Origin: Bacteroidales bacterium
Lineage (GTDB): Bacteria; Bacteroidota; Bacteroidia; Bacteroidales; JAGODS01
Assembly (NCBI GenBank): GCA_017998135.1
Contig: JAGODS010000002.1
Span: forward strand, 1-38,693
Reading direction: 5' to 3'
Length of the DNA: 38,693 nt
Part shown: positions 9,882 to 17,960 of the stretch, in pieces
How the letters are laid out: each line of letters opens with the position of its first letter
How positions within the stretch are numbered: position 1 is the first letter of the stretch
The notes under the pieces: generated by a model
Told to the model about the DNA's origin: nothing
Database searches by the model: none
The model's input: the letters and a program-made list of their open reading frames with translations, nothing else
Program-made: the position numbers and the translations under genes

Positions 9882-10000
9882 AAATGTGCTGATGTAACCT
9901 CACCCTAACCCTCTCCTAAGAACAGGAGAGGGAATGTGCCGATGTGCCAATGTGTTAATCTGCTAATTTGCTAATTTGCTAATTTGCTAATCTGCTAATT
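9882..10000 (+). repeat. composite intergenic repeat: 8-bp-period array + palindromic CCTCACCC/CCCTCTCCT element + 8-bp-period array
   Basis: AATGTGCT GATGTAAC (9883-9898) comes first. Then CCTCACCCTAACCCTCTCCT-aagaac-AGGAGAGGG (9898-9932), which has a 9-bp perfect stem. Then 8.5 units follow: AATGTGCC GATGTGCC AATGTGTT AATCTGCT AATTTGCT x3 AATCTGCT AATT (9933-10000). The block starts 1 nt after the tnaA stop. Confidence 0.9.
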
Positions 10001-10028
10001 AGACAATTTAAATTCTCTGTTGACTAAT

Positions 10029-11459
10029 ATGCATAAAAAACTTATTATTTTTTTTAGTTTTTTTTTATTCGCTCTAATAGTAATTATTGGGACGTGTTCT
10101 TTGCCAATGTTTTGGGATATGACTTTTTACAGTCATTTAGCTTGTAATATTTATGATAATAATTTTTCTTTATCATCATTATATCTGCCAGCCGAAGCCG
10201 ATAATGGCAATCCACCCCTATATTCATTATATCTTGCCCTCTTATGGTCGTTTTTCGGTAAGTCTCTTCTTGTAGCTCACCTGGCAGCTTTACCTTTTAT
10301 TGCAGGTATTATATGTGAAATTAATAAATTAGTCAGCTTTTTCAAAGGTTCTGACAAGCTTTTGATTTTGTCTCTGCTAATATTAATTGCAGAGCCGACT
10401 TTCAGTACCCAGGTTTTGCTTGCAGGTTTTGATTTGGCTTTTGCTTTTTTGTTTTTACTTAGTCTTAATTCAATACTCAATAATAAACGAACTTTACTTG
10501 CAATAGCGGTTTTATTTATTGGATTAATTAATTTAAGAGGTTTGTATTTTGTATGTTCTTTATTTGTTATTGATATTTTATATAATAAATTTATACAAAA
10601 AAATAGCTTTTCGTTAAGTAAATTTTTACCTTATCTGCTTTCGTTTATAGTATTGCTAATATGGTTATACTTTCATAAGATTGAAACAGGCTGGTATATT
10701 ATCTCTGCTTTTAACAAGAAATTGTTTTTTATCCCTAATATTGAAAGATTTTTCAGAAACATTTTTTATGTTATTTGGAAAATAGCAGATTTCGGAAGAA
10801 TTATTTTGATAATAATTATAATAACAGGATTTATTACATTATATAAAAGGAATAAAAGATGGACTAATGAAATGAAGTTAATAGCTTTAATAATAATTAC
10901 TCCAGTTCTTATATATATATTATTATTTGGTTGGCATAGTTATCCTGTAGCGCACAGGCATTTTTTACCTTTATTTATTATTCTTGTCGTTTTTTCGGTT
11001 TATATTATTGAATTAATCAGTAAACTTTATTTAAAGACGATAATTTATGCAGGTGTTATACTAGTTCTTTATACTGGTAATAATTTGTATTATCCTGAGC
11101 GTTTCGGGAATGGCTGGGATTCGTCTCTTAAGTGTATAGATTTTTTCCCTGTGTATAGAGATATTGATTCTATTTTAAAAGCGCATAATATCAAACCTGA
11201 AGAGGTAGGAAGTAAATATCCTTTTCAGCAAAATTATAAATATGCTTACCTTGATAACAGGAATTTTTGTTTTGCAGATTTAGCTGAGCATCCTATTGAT
11301 TCTGTTAAATATATATTCTATACTAATGTTAGTAATAATTTCACAGATGCAGAGAGACGATATTTAAATACTGCAAAACAAGTTATTTATAAATATAAAA
11401 AAGGTAGGGTAGAGGTGATATTTTACAAATGTGCCTATGTGCCAATAAATAAAAAGTAA
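10029..11459 (+). CDS. polytopic membrane protein, possibly a GT39/ArnT-like glycosyltransferase
   Basis: At least 10 hydrophobic helices, with an early loop LPMFWDMTFYSH reminiscent of the D(E)-containing first loop of GT-C enzymes, and a soluble C-terminal tail. The track start at 10020 is TTG; ATG 10029 is preferred. The functional call is weak. The last codons (KCAYVPINKK) are encoded by two units of the 8-bp repeat family. Confidence 0.5.
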   Translation: MHKKLIIFFSFFLFALIVIIGTCSLPMFWDMTFYSHLACNIYDNNFSLSSLYLPAEADNGNPPLYSLYLALLWSFFGKSLLVAHLAALPFIAGIICEINKLVSFFKGSDKLLILSLLILIAEPTFSTQVLLAGFDLAFAFLFLLSLNSILNNKRTLLAIAVLFIGLINLRGLYFVCSLFVIDILYNKFIQKNSFSLSKFLPYLLSFIVLLIWLYFHKIETGWYIISAFNKKLFFIPNIERFFRNIFYVIWKIADFGRIILIIIIITGFITLYKRNKRWTNEMKLIALIIITPVLIYILLFGWHSYPVAHRHFLPLFIILVVFSVYIIELISKLYLKTIIYAGVILVLYTGNNLYYPERFGNGWDSSLKCIDFFPVYRDIDSILKAHNIKPEEVGSKYPFQQNYKYAYLDNRNFCFADLAEHPIDSVKYIFYTNVSNNFTDAERRYLNTAKQVIYKYKKGRVEVIFYKCAYVPINKK

Positions 11460-11463
11460 ATTT

Positions 11464-11802
11464 ATGAAAGACAGTGAAAAATATTCATTTTTTGAGCAGG
11501 TTTATGAAGTAACAAAGCTTGTGCCTTATGGGCGGGTAACTACCTATGGAGCGATAGCCGAGTATCTCGGGGCAAAGGGTTCGGCTCGTATGGTTGGCTG
11601 GGCTATGAATAAGGCGCATAGCCTCCCAGATGTTCCAGCTCATAGGGTAGTCAATCGTAACGGTTTGCTGACAGGAAAGTTTCACTTTGGCGGTGTGAAC
11701 GTTATGCAGGAATTGTTAGAAAATGAAGGTGTGAAAGTATTTAAAGACAAGGTCGTTAATTTTGATAAACTTCTCTGGGAACCAATGAAAGAATTAATTT
11801 GA
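11464..11802 (+). CDS. MGMT-family DNA-binding protein, alkyltransferase-like (active-site Cys replaced by Ala)
   Basis: 112 aa with VPYGRVTTYGAIAEYLG..ARMVGWAMN and PAHRVVNRNG, where active O6-alkylguanine transferases have PCHRV. The Ala codon GCT is at 11638-11640. Confidence 0.8.
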   Translation: MKDSEKYSFFEQVYEVTKLVPYGRVTTYGAIAEYLGAKGSARMVGWAMNKAHSLPDVPAHRVVNRNGLLTGKFHFGGVNVMQELLENEGVKVFKDKVVNFDKLLWEPMKELI

Positions 11803-11895
11803 AAAGGAGTTAAAACTTATAATCAGTCTAATCTGGTTAATTTATAACCCAGTAAACTATAAACAAAATATTACTGAAACCTAATGGGAAAGAGA

Positions 11896-11997
11896 ATCAT
11901 ATAACACTCAGACCTGTAAGGGCAAAATATATTAGCACAGGGCAACGCCCTGTGAAATGATAATCACATAACACACAGCCCTGTAAGGGTGAAATAA
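11896..11997. repeat. intergenic repeat: two direct copies flanking an 8-bp-stem hairpin
   Basis: AATCATATAACACTCAGACCTGTAAGGGCAAAAT (11896-) and AATCACATAACACACAGCCCTGTAAGGGTGAAAT (11963-) flank the hairpin CACAGGGC-aac-GCCCTGTG (11937-11955). Confidence 0.8.
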
Positions 11998-12285
11998 TTT
12001 ATATCAATAAATAATAATCTGTTTATCCTTTTTATCAAATACTTATGTGCATAGACAAACTCCTTAGATAAGGATAGAATCGGGGTGAGGTTTGATTGTT
12101 TTTAGATAGTAAAATTCAAATTATTAATTACCAAAGTCATGAAATATTGCATAAATGAAATTGTTGCAAACAATAAAATATATTAGTAATCATTTTAAAT
12201 GAGAATACAGTGCAGTTATTAAAATATGAATATTAATACTTTGTAAAATAATATTATGATAATGATGTTCAATTATTTAATCTGA

Positions 12286-13086
12286 TCAATGTTTTTCTAC
12301 TTTATTATTAATATATCCAGTGATAATCATTGTTAAAGAAGGCAATAATAATGACAATATGATGAATAAAAAAGAATTTATATTTAATCTTTTACTAATA
12401 TTATATATCCAAATTGAGATTCCTATTCTAAAAGCCAAACTTAAACCAAAACAATAGTATTCTATCCATATACTTGATTCATTTTTTAAATAATATGGAT
12501 CCCATAAATTTTTTGAATAATACGGCTCATATAAATTTACAAACAAAATAACAACAATAATTGAAATAATTAACATAATTATTCCTAAAACAAACAAGTA
12601 TTTATCTTCTCTATGTTCATAATCATTAAATAATTTTCTTTCTTCATTTATCTTCTTTCCCTTATTGGATAAAGTTTGTTTTTTATTATTATGAGTTAAA
12701 TCATTTTTTTTTGATTTTAGTAAATTGACAATTATTAAAATAAAAATCGGAATAAAGATAAAGAAAAAAAATTCTGTTAAATCGTAACTATTAAGTTCTG
12801 AATCCTTTGCAAAAGGCCAAAATTTATAAACTCCACTATAGCTATTCCAACCAATAAATAATAATACTAAGTGAATTAATACCCATAATAAATAAATTCC
12901 GATTATTAGGTTACTAATTTTAAAACCTAATATGGCTTCAGCTTTTGATAAAAAAACATCTTTGTTAAATTCATATTTTTTTTTTATTTCTTCACTGTCG
13001 CATAAAACTTCAGATTGCTTTATACCGCAATATTTACAAAAACGTGAATTTTCTGATATTTCTTTTCCGCAGTTATAACAATACAT
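12286..13086 (-). CDS. zinc-ribbon membrane protein (hypothetical)
   Basis: N-terminal CxxC-x11-CxxC (MYCYNCGKEISENSRFCKYCG) followed by several TM helices. Extremely AT-rich coding sequence. Confidence 0.65.
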   Translation of the reverse strand: MYCYNCGKEISENSRFCKYCGIKQSEVLCDSEEIKKKYEFNKDVFLSKAEAILGFKISNLIIGIYLLWVLIHLVLLFIGWNSYSGVYKFWPFAKDSELNSYDLTEFFFFIFIPIFILIIVNLLKSKKNDLTHNNKKQTLSNKGKKINEERKLFNDYEHREDKYLFVLGIIMLIISIIVVILFVNLYEPYYSKNLWDPYYLKNESSIWIEYYCFGLSLAFRIGISIWIYNISKRLNINSFLFIILSLLLPSLTMIITGYINNKVEKH

Positions 13087-13225
13087 AAATTATTGTGATT
13101 ATTGTTAAAAGTAAAATTTAAAAAAAATAATAAAACACTTAAATTAAAATATTAAACTTCTTTAAAATAAATGTCATTAAAATTTATCTTATTCTATTAA
13201 ATCATTTTTTCGGCTGTCGCTGTTA

Positions 13226-13894
13226 TTATTCATTTTTGGGTAATTCATTTAAATTCTCAATGTATTTATGGTATAATTTTTTTTCAATATTCTTTGTTTT
13301 ATAAATCATTATTAAAGTTACAATTAAAGTAGATAAATTAATAATGCAAGCATATAAAATAAATAAAAAAGAATATTTAAAGTGTTCTCTAATATTACTA
13401 CTAATTGATAAATTAAAATAATTAAGCCAAAATAAAATCCACCATATAATAATTATATTTGCAGATTTAATATTGTTAGTGTTTGCAGGTTCTTCTATAA
13501 CTAATTCCTGTGTTTTATACCAGATTTCTTTCATAATTAAAAAAGGTTTATATATATTATAAAAAGGAATAAACCAGCTATATATTGCAATATCAGGATT
13601 TGTTTTTGATTTTAGCTTATTTAAAACAGATAAATTATAATATGCAGTAAAAAACCATCTTATAAAAAAAATTACACAAAAAATCAATAAAAAAAAATGT
13701 ATTGTTTCAAGCCAATATTCTATACTGTATATTGTTTTTAAACCATGAAGCCAGAAGTAATTCTCTTTTGAAAAACTAAGAAAGTATATTGGTAAAGAAT
13801 ATGAAATTTTAACCAAAAAAATGTAAAACACAATAATAGCTCTATTATTGTTGTTTAAAACATTTACTGAAAATGCAGAATTGTCTCTTATCAT
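13226..13894 (-). CDS. DUF4328-like multi-pass membrane protein
   Basis: YSWFIPFYNIYKPFLIMKEIW matches the signature loop of DUF4328 (W-F-I-P-x-x-N-x-x-x-P-x-x-x-x-x-E-I-W). It is flanked by TM helices. Confidence 0.6.
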   Translation of the reverse strand: MIRDNSAFSVNVLNNNNRAIIVFYIFLVKISYSLPIYFLSFSKENYFWLHGLKTIYSIEYWLETIHFFLLIFCVIFFIRWFFTAYYNLSVLNKLKSKTNPDIAIYSWFIPFYNIYKPFLIMKEIWYKTQELVIEEPANTNNIKSANIIIIWWILFWLNYFNLSISSNIREHFKYSFLFILYACIINLSTLIVTLIMIYKTKNIEKKLYHKYIENLNELPKNE

Positions 13895-14007
13895 AATATA
13901 GAATTATTTAAATTTATTAATAGTTAATTAAAGATACATATTTAATAATGTTTTCCATATATTTTGTAATAATTAATAATTAAAATTGTATAGTTTGTTT
14001 TTTACTT

Positions 14008-14490
14008 TTATTTCTTTATATATGTTTTATTTCCATTACTATTGATATAGTATTGACCTCCTCTGGCACCTGTATGTATGGTTCTGCCAGAATTATTATT
14101 ATAAGAAGGAGATGAGAAAAAATTAGAATTGTTATATGTTGAATTGCTGTTATATGTAGGATATGAATTAATTGTTTTCGTAGAATTATATTTTCTTTCA
14201 TTAGCAGTTTTTGTTTTGTGAAGTTCCGTTGGGATTAATTGCATATTTTGAAGTTCATCCTTTCCTCCCTGAGATAAAGGGATTATATGATCTACCTGAT
14301 AGCCTTCAGGAACTTTGTCAAAGCCTTTACTTTTTAAAAATTCTTTTTTTACAGTAGTACTTCTCTCAACTTTAGGATAGCCTGTAGTTTTATAGGTTTC
14401 ATTATTTATATTAAATGATTTGTTTTGAGCAAAAGAACTAAATAAAAAGATTGTAAGAAAAATAGAAATAATACAGAATTTAGATTTCAT
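14008..14490 (-). CDS. signal-peptide HNH nuclease with a C-terminal basic GxRGGxYYIN tail
   Basis: Signal peptide MKSKFCIISIFLTIFLFSSFAQ. HNH motif YQVDHIIPLSQGGKDELQNMQLIPTELHKTKT. N/S/Y-rich linker. C-terminus GRTIHTGARGGQYYINSNGNKTYIKK resembles the PBCV-type basic adaptor motif. Confidence 0.75.
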   Translation of the reverse strand: MKSKFCIISIFLTIFLFSSFAQNKSFNINNETYKTTGYPKVERSTTVKKEFLKSKGFDKVPEGYQVDHIIPLSQGGKDELQNMQLIPTELHKTKTANERKYNSTKTINSYPTYNSNSTYNNSNFFSSPSYNNNSGRTIHTGARGGQYYINSNGNKTYIKK

Positions 14491-14560
14491 AATAAAATAA
14501 TTAATTAATTTTCACCTACTCTATTCAATAAGCTTTTCGGCATCCGCTGTTTATTTTCAA

Positions 14561-14597
14561 CCTCACCCCAGCCCTCTCCTTATTTAAGGAGAGGGGG
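14561..14597. repeat. copy of the CCTCACCC/CCCTCTCCT palindromic element
   Basis: CCTCACCCCAGCCCTCTCCTT-attt-AAGGAGAGGG, with a 10-bp perfect stem (14572-14581 / 14586-14595). Confidence 0.85.
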
Positions 14598-14764
14598 AGA
14601 ATTGGTTTTTTATCTTTGGTATATTTTGATAATGACTTTTGTAGTTTTGAATCAACCCTTTTTAGCATGTGTAGCTTTACACTGGTATATTGTTTGTGTT
14701 CAGGGATTAAATATTGAAGGCTAAACTGAACCGGGGACGCATTCACGGTAGGATAGACAGGATT

Positions 14765-14797
14765 AAATGTTTCACATTTGAAAAATGTGAAACATTT
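14765..14797. repeat. 33-bp perfect palindrome (15-bp arms, 3-nt centre)
   Basis: AAATGTTTCACATTT-gaa-AAATGTGAAACATTT, in the 734-bp gap between mutS2 and the HNH gene. Confidence 0.9.
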
Positions 14798-15224
14798 AGA
14801 GGATACTCTTTCAACGTAATCAAGGGTTTCAGAGGGTCTGACGGAATTGTAATATATTAAATTTGTAACAAGCATAATTTTTCATAACTGAGAGCAAAAA
14901 TAATAAATTTTTTGAAACAGGTTATTCTATTAAAATTTTTAACAATTTTTTAATATATATAATAATTTTAAAATGAGTGGGATTACTAAGAAAAAAATAA
15001 AGGGGTTTATGATAACTAAAAATATTTAACGGCTAAGACGCTAAGAATTAAAAAAATCATTGTTATCCGATTAAATTTTATGAATTTGCTTAAACAGGTA
15101 TAAAATTTAAGAATAAAAAGTAGGTCATGGGTCAGCATTAATTTTTCAAATTGGAAACAAAAAATGTATAAAATGTTTCTTTAGTGTACAGAAATTTTAC
15201 AAATCGAATCGCAGAAAAAATAAA

Positions 15225-17633
15225 TTATATAAAAGTAACGAGTGTTATACCGTCTCCGCCTTTTTCGGGCTCTTCATCATTAAAACTTTTTACATAGCTA
15301 AGTTTTTTAAGATAATCTCTGATGACCTGTCGTAGTATGCCGCTTCCTTTGCCATGTAATATTTTAATTTCTTTTATATTAATAAGTAATGCATCGTCAA
15401 TATGTTTTTGAACTATTATCAGCGCTTCATCAGCTCTTTTGCCTCTTAAATCAATAGAATAATGAAAGTTTTTTGTTTTTTCATTAATATCATTAGTAGA
15501 AAAAGATTTTTTTTCTGTAACAATTTTCTCTTTTTTTTCTGTTTTATCCAATTCACTTACAGGCAATTTGATTTTGTATTTATCAAAAGCTACTATTGCA
15601 AAAGTTTCATAAATATCTAAAATTTTACCTACTTGTGTTTGTCCTTTCATAATTACTTTATCCCCTTTTTTAAATATTGGAATAATATTTTCCTGATTTA
15701 TTTTAAACTGTATTGTTTGCTTAATGCTTTTATTAATAGCAATAGGGTCTTTAATATCTTTAATTTGTTTTTCAAAATTTTTAATTTTCTCTCTGAGGCT
15801 TTTAGTATTTTCTTTATCAGCCTGTGTTTCCTTTATTTCTTTGACAGTATGTTCAATAATTTTATTAGAATCGGCAATAATTTGGGAGGCAGTTTTTTTT
15901 GCATCTTCAATAATTGTTTTAGAAGATTTTTGAAGATCGTTGTATAATTTAGTGTATTTTTTTATAACTTCAGCCAGTATTTCGTCAGCAGCTTCCACCT
16001 GGTTTTTCTTTAAATCGTATTCTTTTTTTCTAAGCGATAGGTCGTCTAATTGTTTTTCGAAATCTATATGTTTAATATTAAGTTTTTTCTCAGCATTTTT
16101 AAGAATGCTTTTTTGAAAACCAATTTTACGGGCAATCTGGAAAGCGTAAGAACTGCCCGGTGTTCCGGTTTTTAAAAAATAAGTCGGTATGAGTTTTTCT
16201 TTATCAAAACTCATAGCACCGTTTAGGATACCGTTTTTTTTACCTGCAAGAAGTTTAAGGTTAGTATAATGAGTAGTTACAATACCCAAAGCCCCTCTTT
16301 CTTTAAGTTCTTCCAGTGCAGCTTCAGCAATAGCAGCGCCTAATGAGGGTTCGGTTCCGGAACCAAATTCATCAATAAATAAAAGAGTGCGGTTGTCGGA
16401 ATAATTAATAAAATGTTTAATACTTAATAAATGAGAGCTATATGTGCTTAAATCATTTTCAATAGACTGTTCATCACCTATTTCAAGAAATAAGTTGTTA
16501 AAAATACCTGTATGGTATGAGTTTTCGGAAACAGGAATAAGAAATCCGCATTGTAGCATATATTGAATTAAAGCAACAGTTTTAATACATACTGATTTAC
16601 CACCTGCATTAGGTCCTGAAATTACTAAGATCCTGTCAGTAGAATTTAACCGAAAATCATTAGCAATTATTTTTTTATCCTGCTTATTAAGCGATAATTC
16701 TAAGTAAGGATGCCTTGCCGCCTGCCAGTTAATAATGCTTTCATCAGTTAAAAGGGGTTTAATCGAATTGGTTTTAATTGCAAATCTGGCTTTACTATGA
16801 ATAAAGTCAATATTACCAAGTTGATTAAAGGCTTCGACAATATCATTACAATAAGGCCGAATAAAATCGGTTAATTCTAATAGAATTTTTTGAATTTCGC
16901 GTTTCTCGGCATATTCTAATTCTTTAATTTCATTATTAATTTCAACAATTTCGTCAGGTTCAAGAAAAACAGTATTACCACTTGCGGATTCATCCTGAAC
17001 AATACCTTTTAATTTCTTTTTATTAGAGCTATTAACAGGTATTACAGCCCTTCCGTTTCTGATAGTGGGCAAATCGTCGGCATTGGACCAACCTTCTTTT
17101 TTAGTTAAATTAAGATAATAATTAACTCTTTTTTCCAGGGAATGTCTTTTACTGATAATAGTTAATCTTATTTTTTTCAGTTCAGATGAGGCATTGTCTT
17201 TGATTCTTCCTTTTTCATCAATAATATTATTTATTTTACCGAGAATTAATTTTTCGCAACCCTTTGTTTTAATAAGAGTTTGAATACTTTGATATTCTTT
17301 AGCTTCACTGATAAAATTAAATGTTTCAATGAGTATATTAAGACTTAAACATAATTTATGAAGATTATCAGTATCAATAAAGGTTCCTTTTGTAGAAATT
17401 CTTTTAATTTCTCCGGTTATATCAAAGTATTCGGATAAAGGCAGGTGTTTGATTGAAATTAGCTGTTTTATCTCATCAACCAGATTAAGCTCATCTTGTA
17501 TAAAATTAAAATCAGAAGAAAAGGAGATATTTTTAGCTTTTTTCTTACCTAAATCTCCAAAACAATTATCAATAATTATATCTCTAATTTTGTCGAAATC
17601 AATCTTTTTTTCTAAATTTTTTGGATAAATCAT
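15225..17633 (-). CDS. mutS2: endonuclease MutS2 (MutS domain V ATPase + C-terminal Smr)
   Basis: 802 aa. Walker A VISGPNAGGKSV, LLFIDEFGSGTEP, VTTHYTNLK, a central coiled coil, and a C-terminal Smr domain IDLRGKRADEAL..ILHGKGSGILRQ. Confidence 0.93.
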   Translation of the reverse strand: MIYPKNLEKKIDFDKIRDIIIDNCFGDLGKKKAKNISFSSDFNFIQDELNLVDEIKQLISIKHLPLSEYFDITGEIKRISTKGTFIDTDNLHKLCLSLNILIETFNFISEAKEYQSIQTLIKTKGCEKLILGKINNIIDEKGRIKDNASSELKKIRLTIISKRHSLEKRVNYYLNLTKKEGWSNADDLPTIRNGRAVIPVNSSNKKKLKGIVQDESASGNTVFLEPDEIVEINNEIKELEYAEKREIQKILLELTDFIRPYCNDIVEAFNQLGNIDFIHSKARFAIKTNSIKPLLTDESIINWQAARHPYLELSLNKQDKKIIANDFRLNSTDRILVISGPNAGGKSVCIKTVALIQYMLQCGFLIPVSENSYHTGIFNNLFLEIGDEQSIENDLSTYSSHLLSIKHFINYSDNRTLLFIDEFGSGTEPSLGAAIAEAALEELKERGALGIVTTHYTNLKLLAGKKNGILNGAMSFDKEKLIPTYFLKTGTPGSSYAFQIARKIGFQKSILKNAEKKLNIKHIDFEKQLDDLSLRKKEYDLKKNQVEAADEILAEVIKKYTKLYNDLQKSSKTIIEDAKKTASQIIADSNKIIEHTVKEIKETQADKENTKSLREKIKNFEKQIKDIKDPIAINKSIKQTIQFKINQENIIPIFKKGDKVIMKGQTQVGKILDIYETFAIVAFDKYKIKLPVSELDKTEKKEKIVTEKKSFSTNDINEKTKNFHYSIDLRGKRADEALIIVQKHIDDALLINIKEIKILHGKGSGILRQVIRDYLKKLSYVKSFNDEEPEKGGDGITLVTFI

Positions 17634-17765
17634 AATTAATCAAAAATAATGCAAAATATTGATAATATGCTTCATTATTAAACAAAATAAAGCAGGTATA
17701 ATATGCTTTGTTCAGGGTAATTGAAGGAATTATTATATATAGTATTGCAGTTGCAAAAATATTAT

Positions 17766-17773
17766 TAATTTTG
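17766..17773 (+). promoter_or_regulatory. candidate -7 promoter box (TAATTTTG) upstream of the first protease-like gene
   Basis: Exact TAnnTTTG, 188 nt upstream of ATG 17961. I found no closer match, which implies a long leader that contains degenerate repeat copies. Confidence 0.25.
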
Positions 17774-17960
17774 CTAATTGAAAATATAAGTGGCATTAAA
17801 AAAACTATAAAAATATAACCTCAACCTCTCTTGAAATCAGGTTTGTGAAGAGATAGACGAAGCAAGGACGTTTCGCCTGACTTAGTTTTAGAGATGCGCT
17901 TAATTAACAGGAAAATTTAACATTTTTTATTTTTTAAATTTATAAAAAACATATCTAATT

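Noticed and set aside
10020-10028. TTG start at 10020 for the membrane protein, and TTG starts at 8456 and 33461 for two other genes
   Set aside because: In each case an in-frame ATG lies a few codons downstream. Those ATGs give a more typical N-terminus (MHKKLIIFF, MKCNIG, MKKGILK).
14525-14875. 116-aa ORF on the minus strand
   Set aside because: Its C-terminus (..LPLSLNKERAGVRLK..) is encoded by the palindromic repeat element and its middle spans the 33-bp perfect palindrome. It has no start context or family motif, so I treat the region as non-coding repeats.
15633-15947. Plus-strand ORFs antisense to mutS2 (15633-15947, 15724-15933)
   Set aside because: They lie opposite the K/E-rich coiled-coil region of MutS2 and give F/L/I-rich nonsense. 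They are artefacts.
17599-17796. 65-aa ORF overlapping the mutS2 start
   Set aside because: It overlaps the mutS2 N-terminus and promoter region, and its product is a hydrophobic low-complexity AT-rich translation. Likely spurious.
17800-17960. Possible riboswitch or structured leader upstream of protease paralog A
   Set aside because: The G/C-containing segments align to degenerate copies of two repeat families seen elsewhere (the CCTCA..CTCTC element and the GGCGAAGC hairpin). I could not recognise any known riboswitch core.
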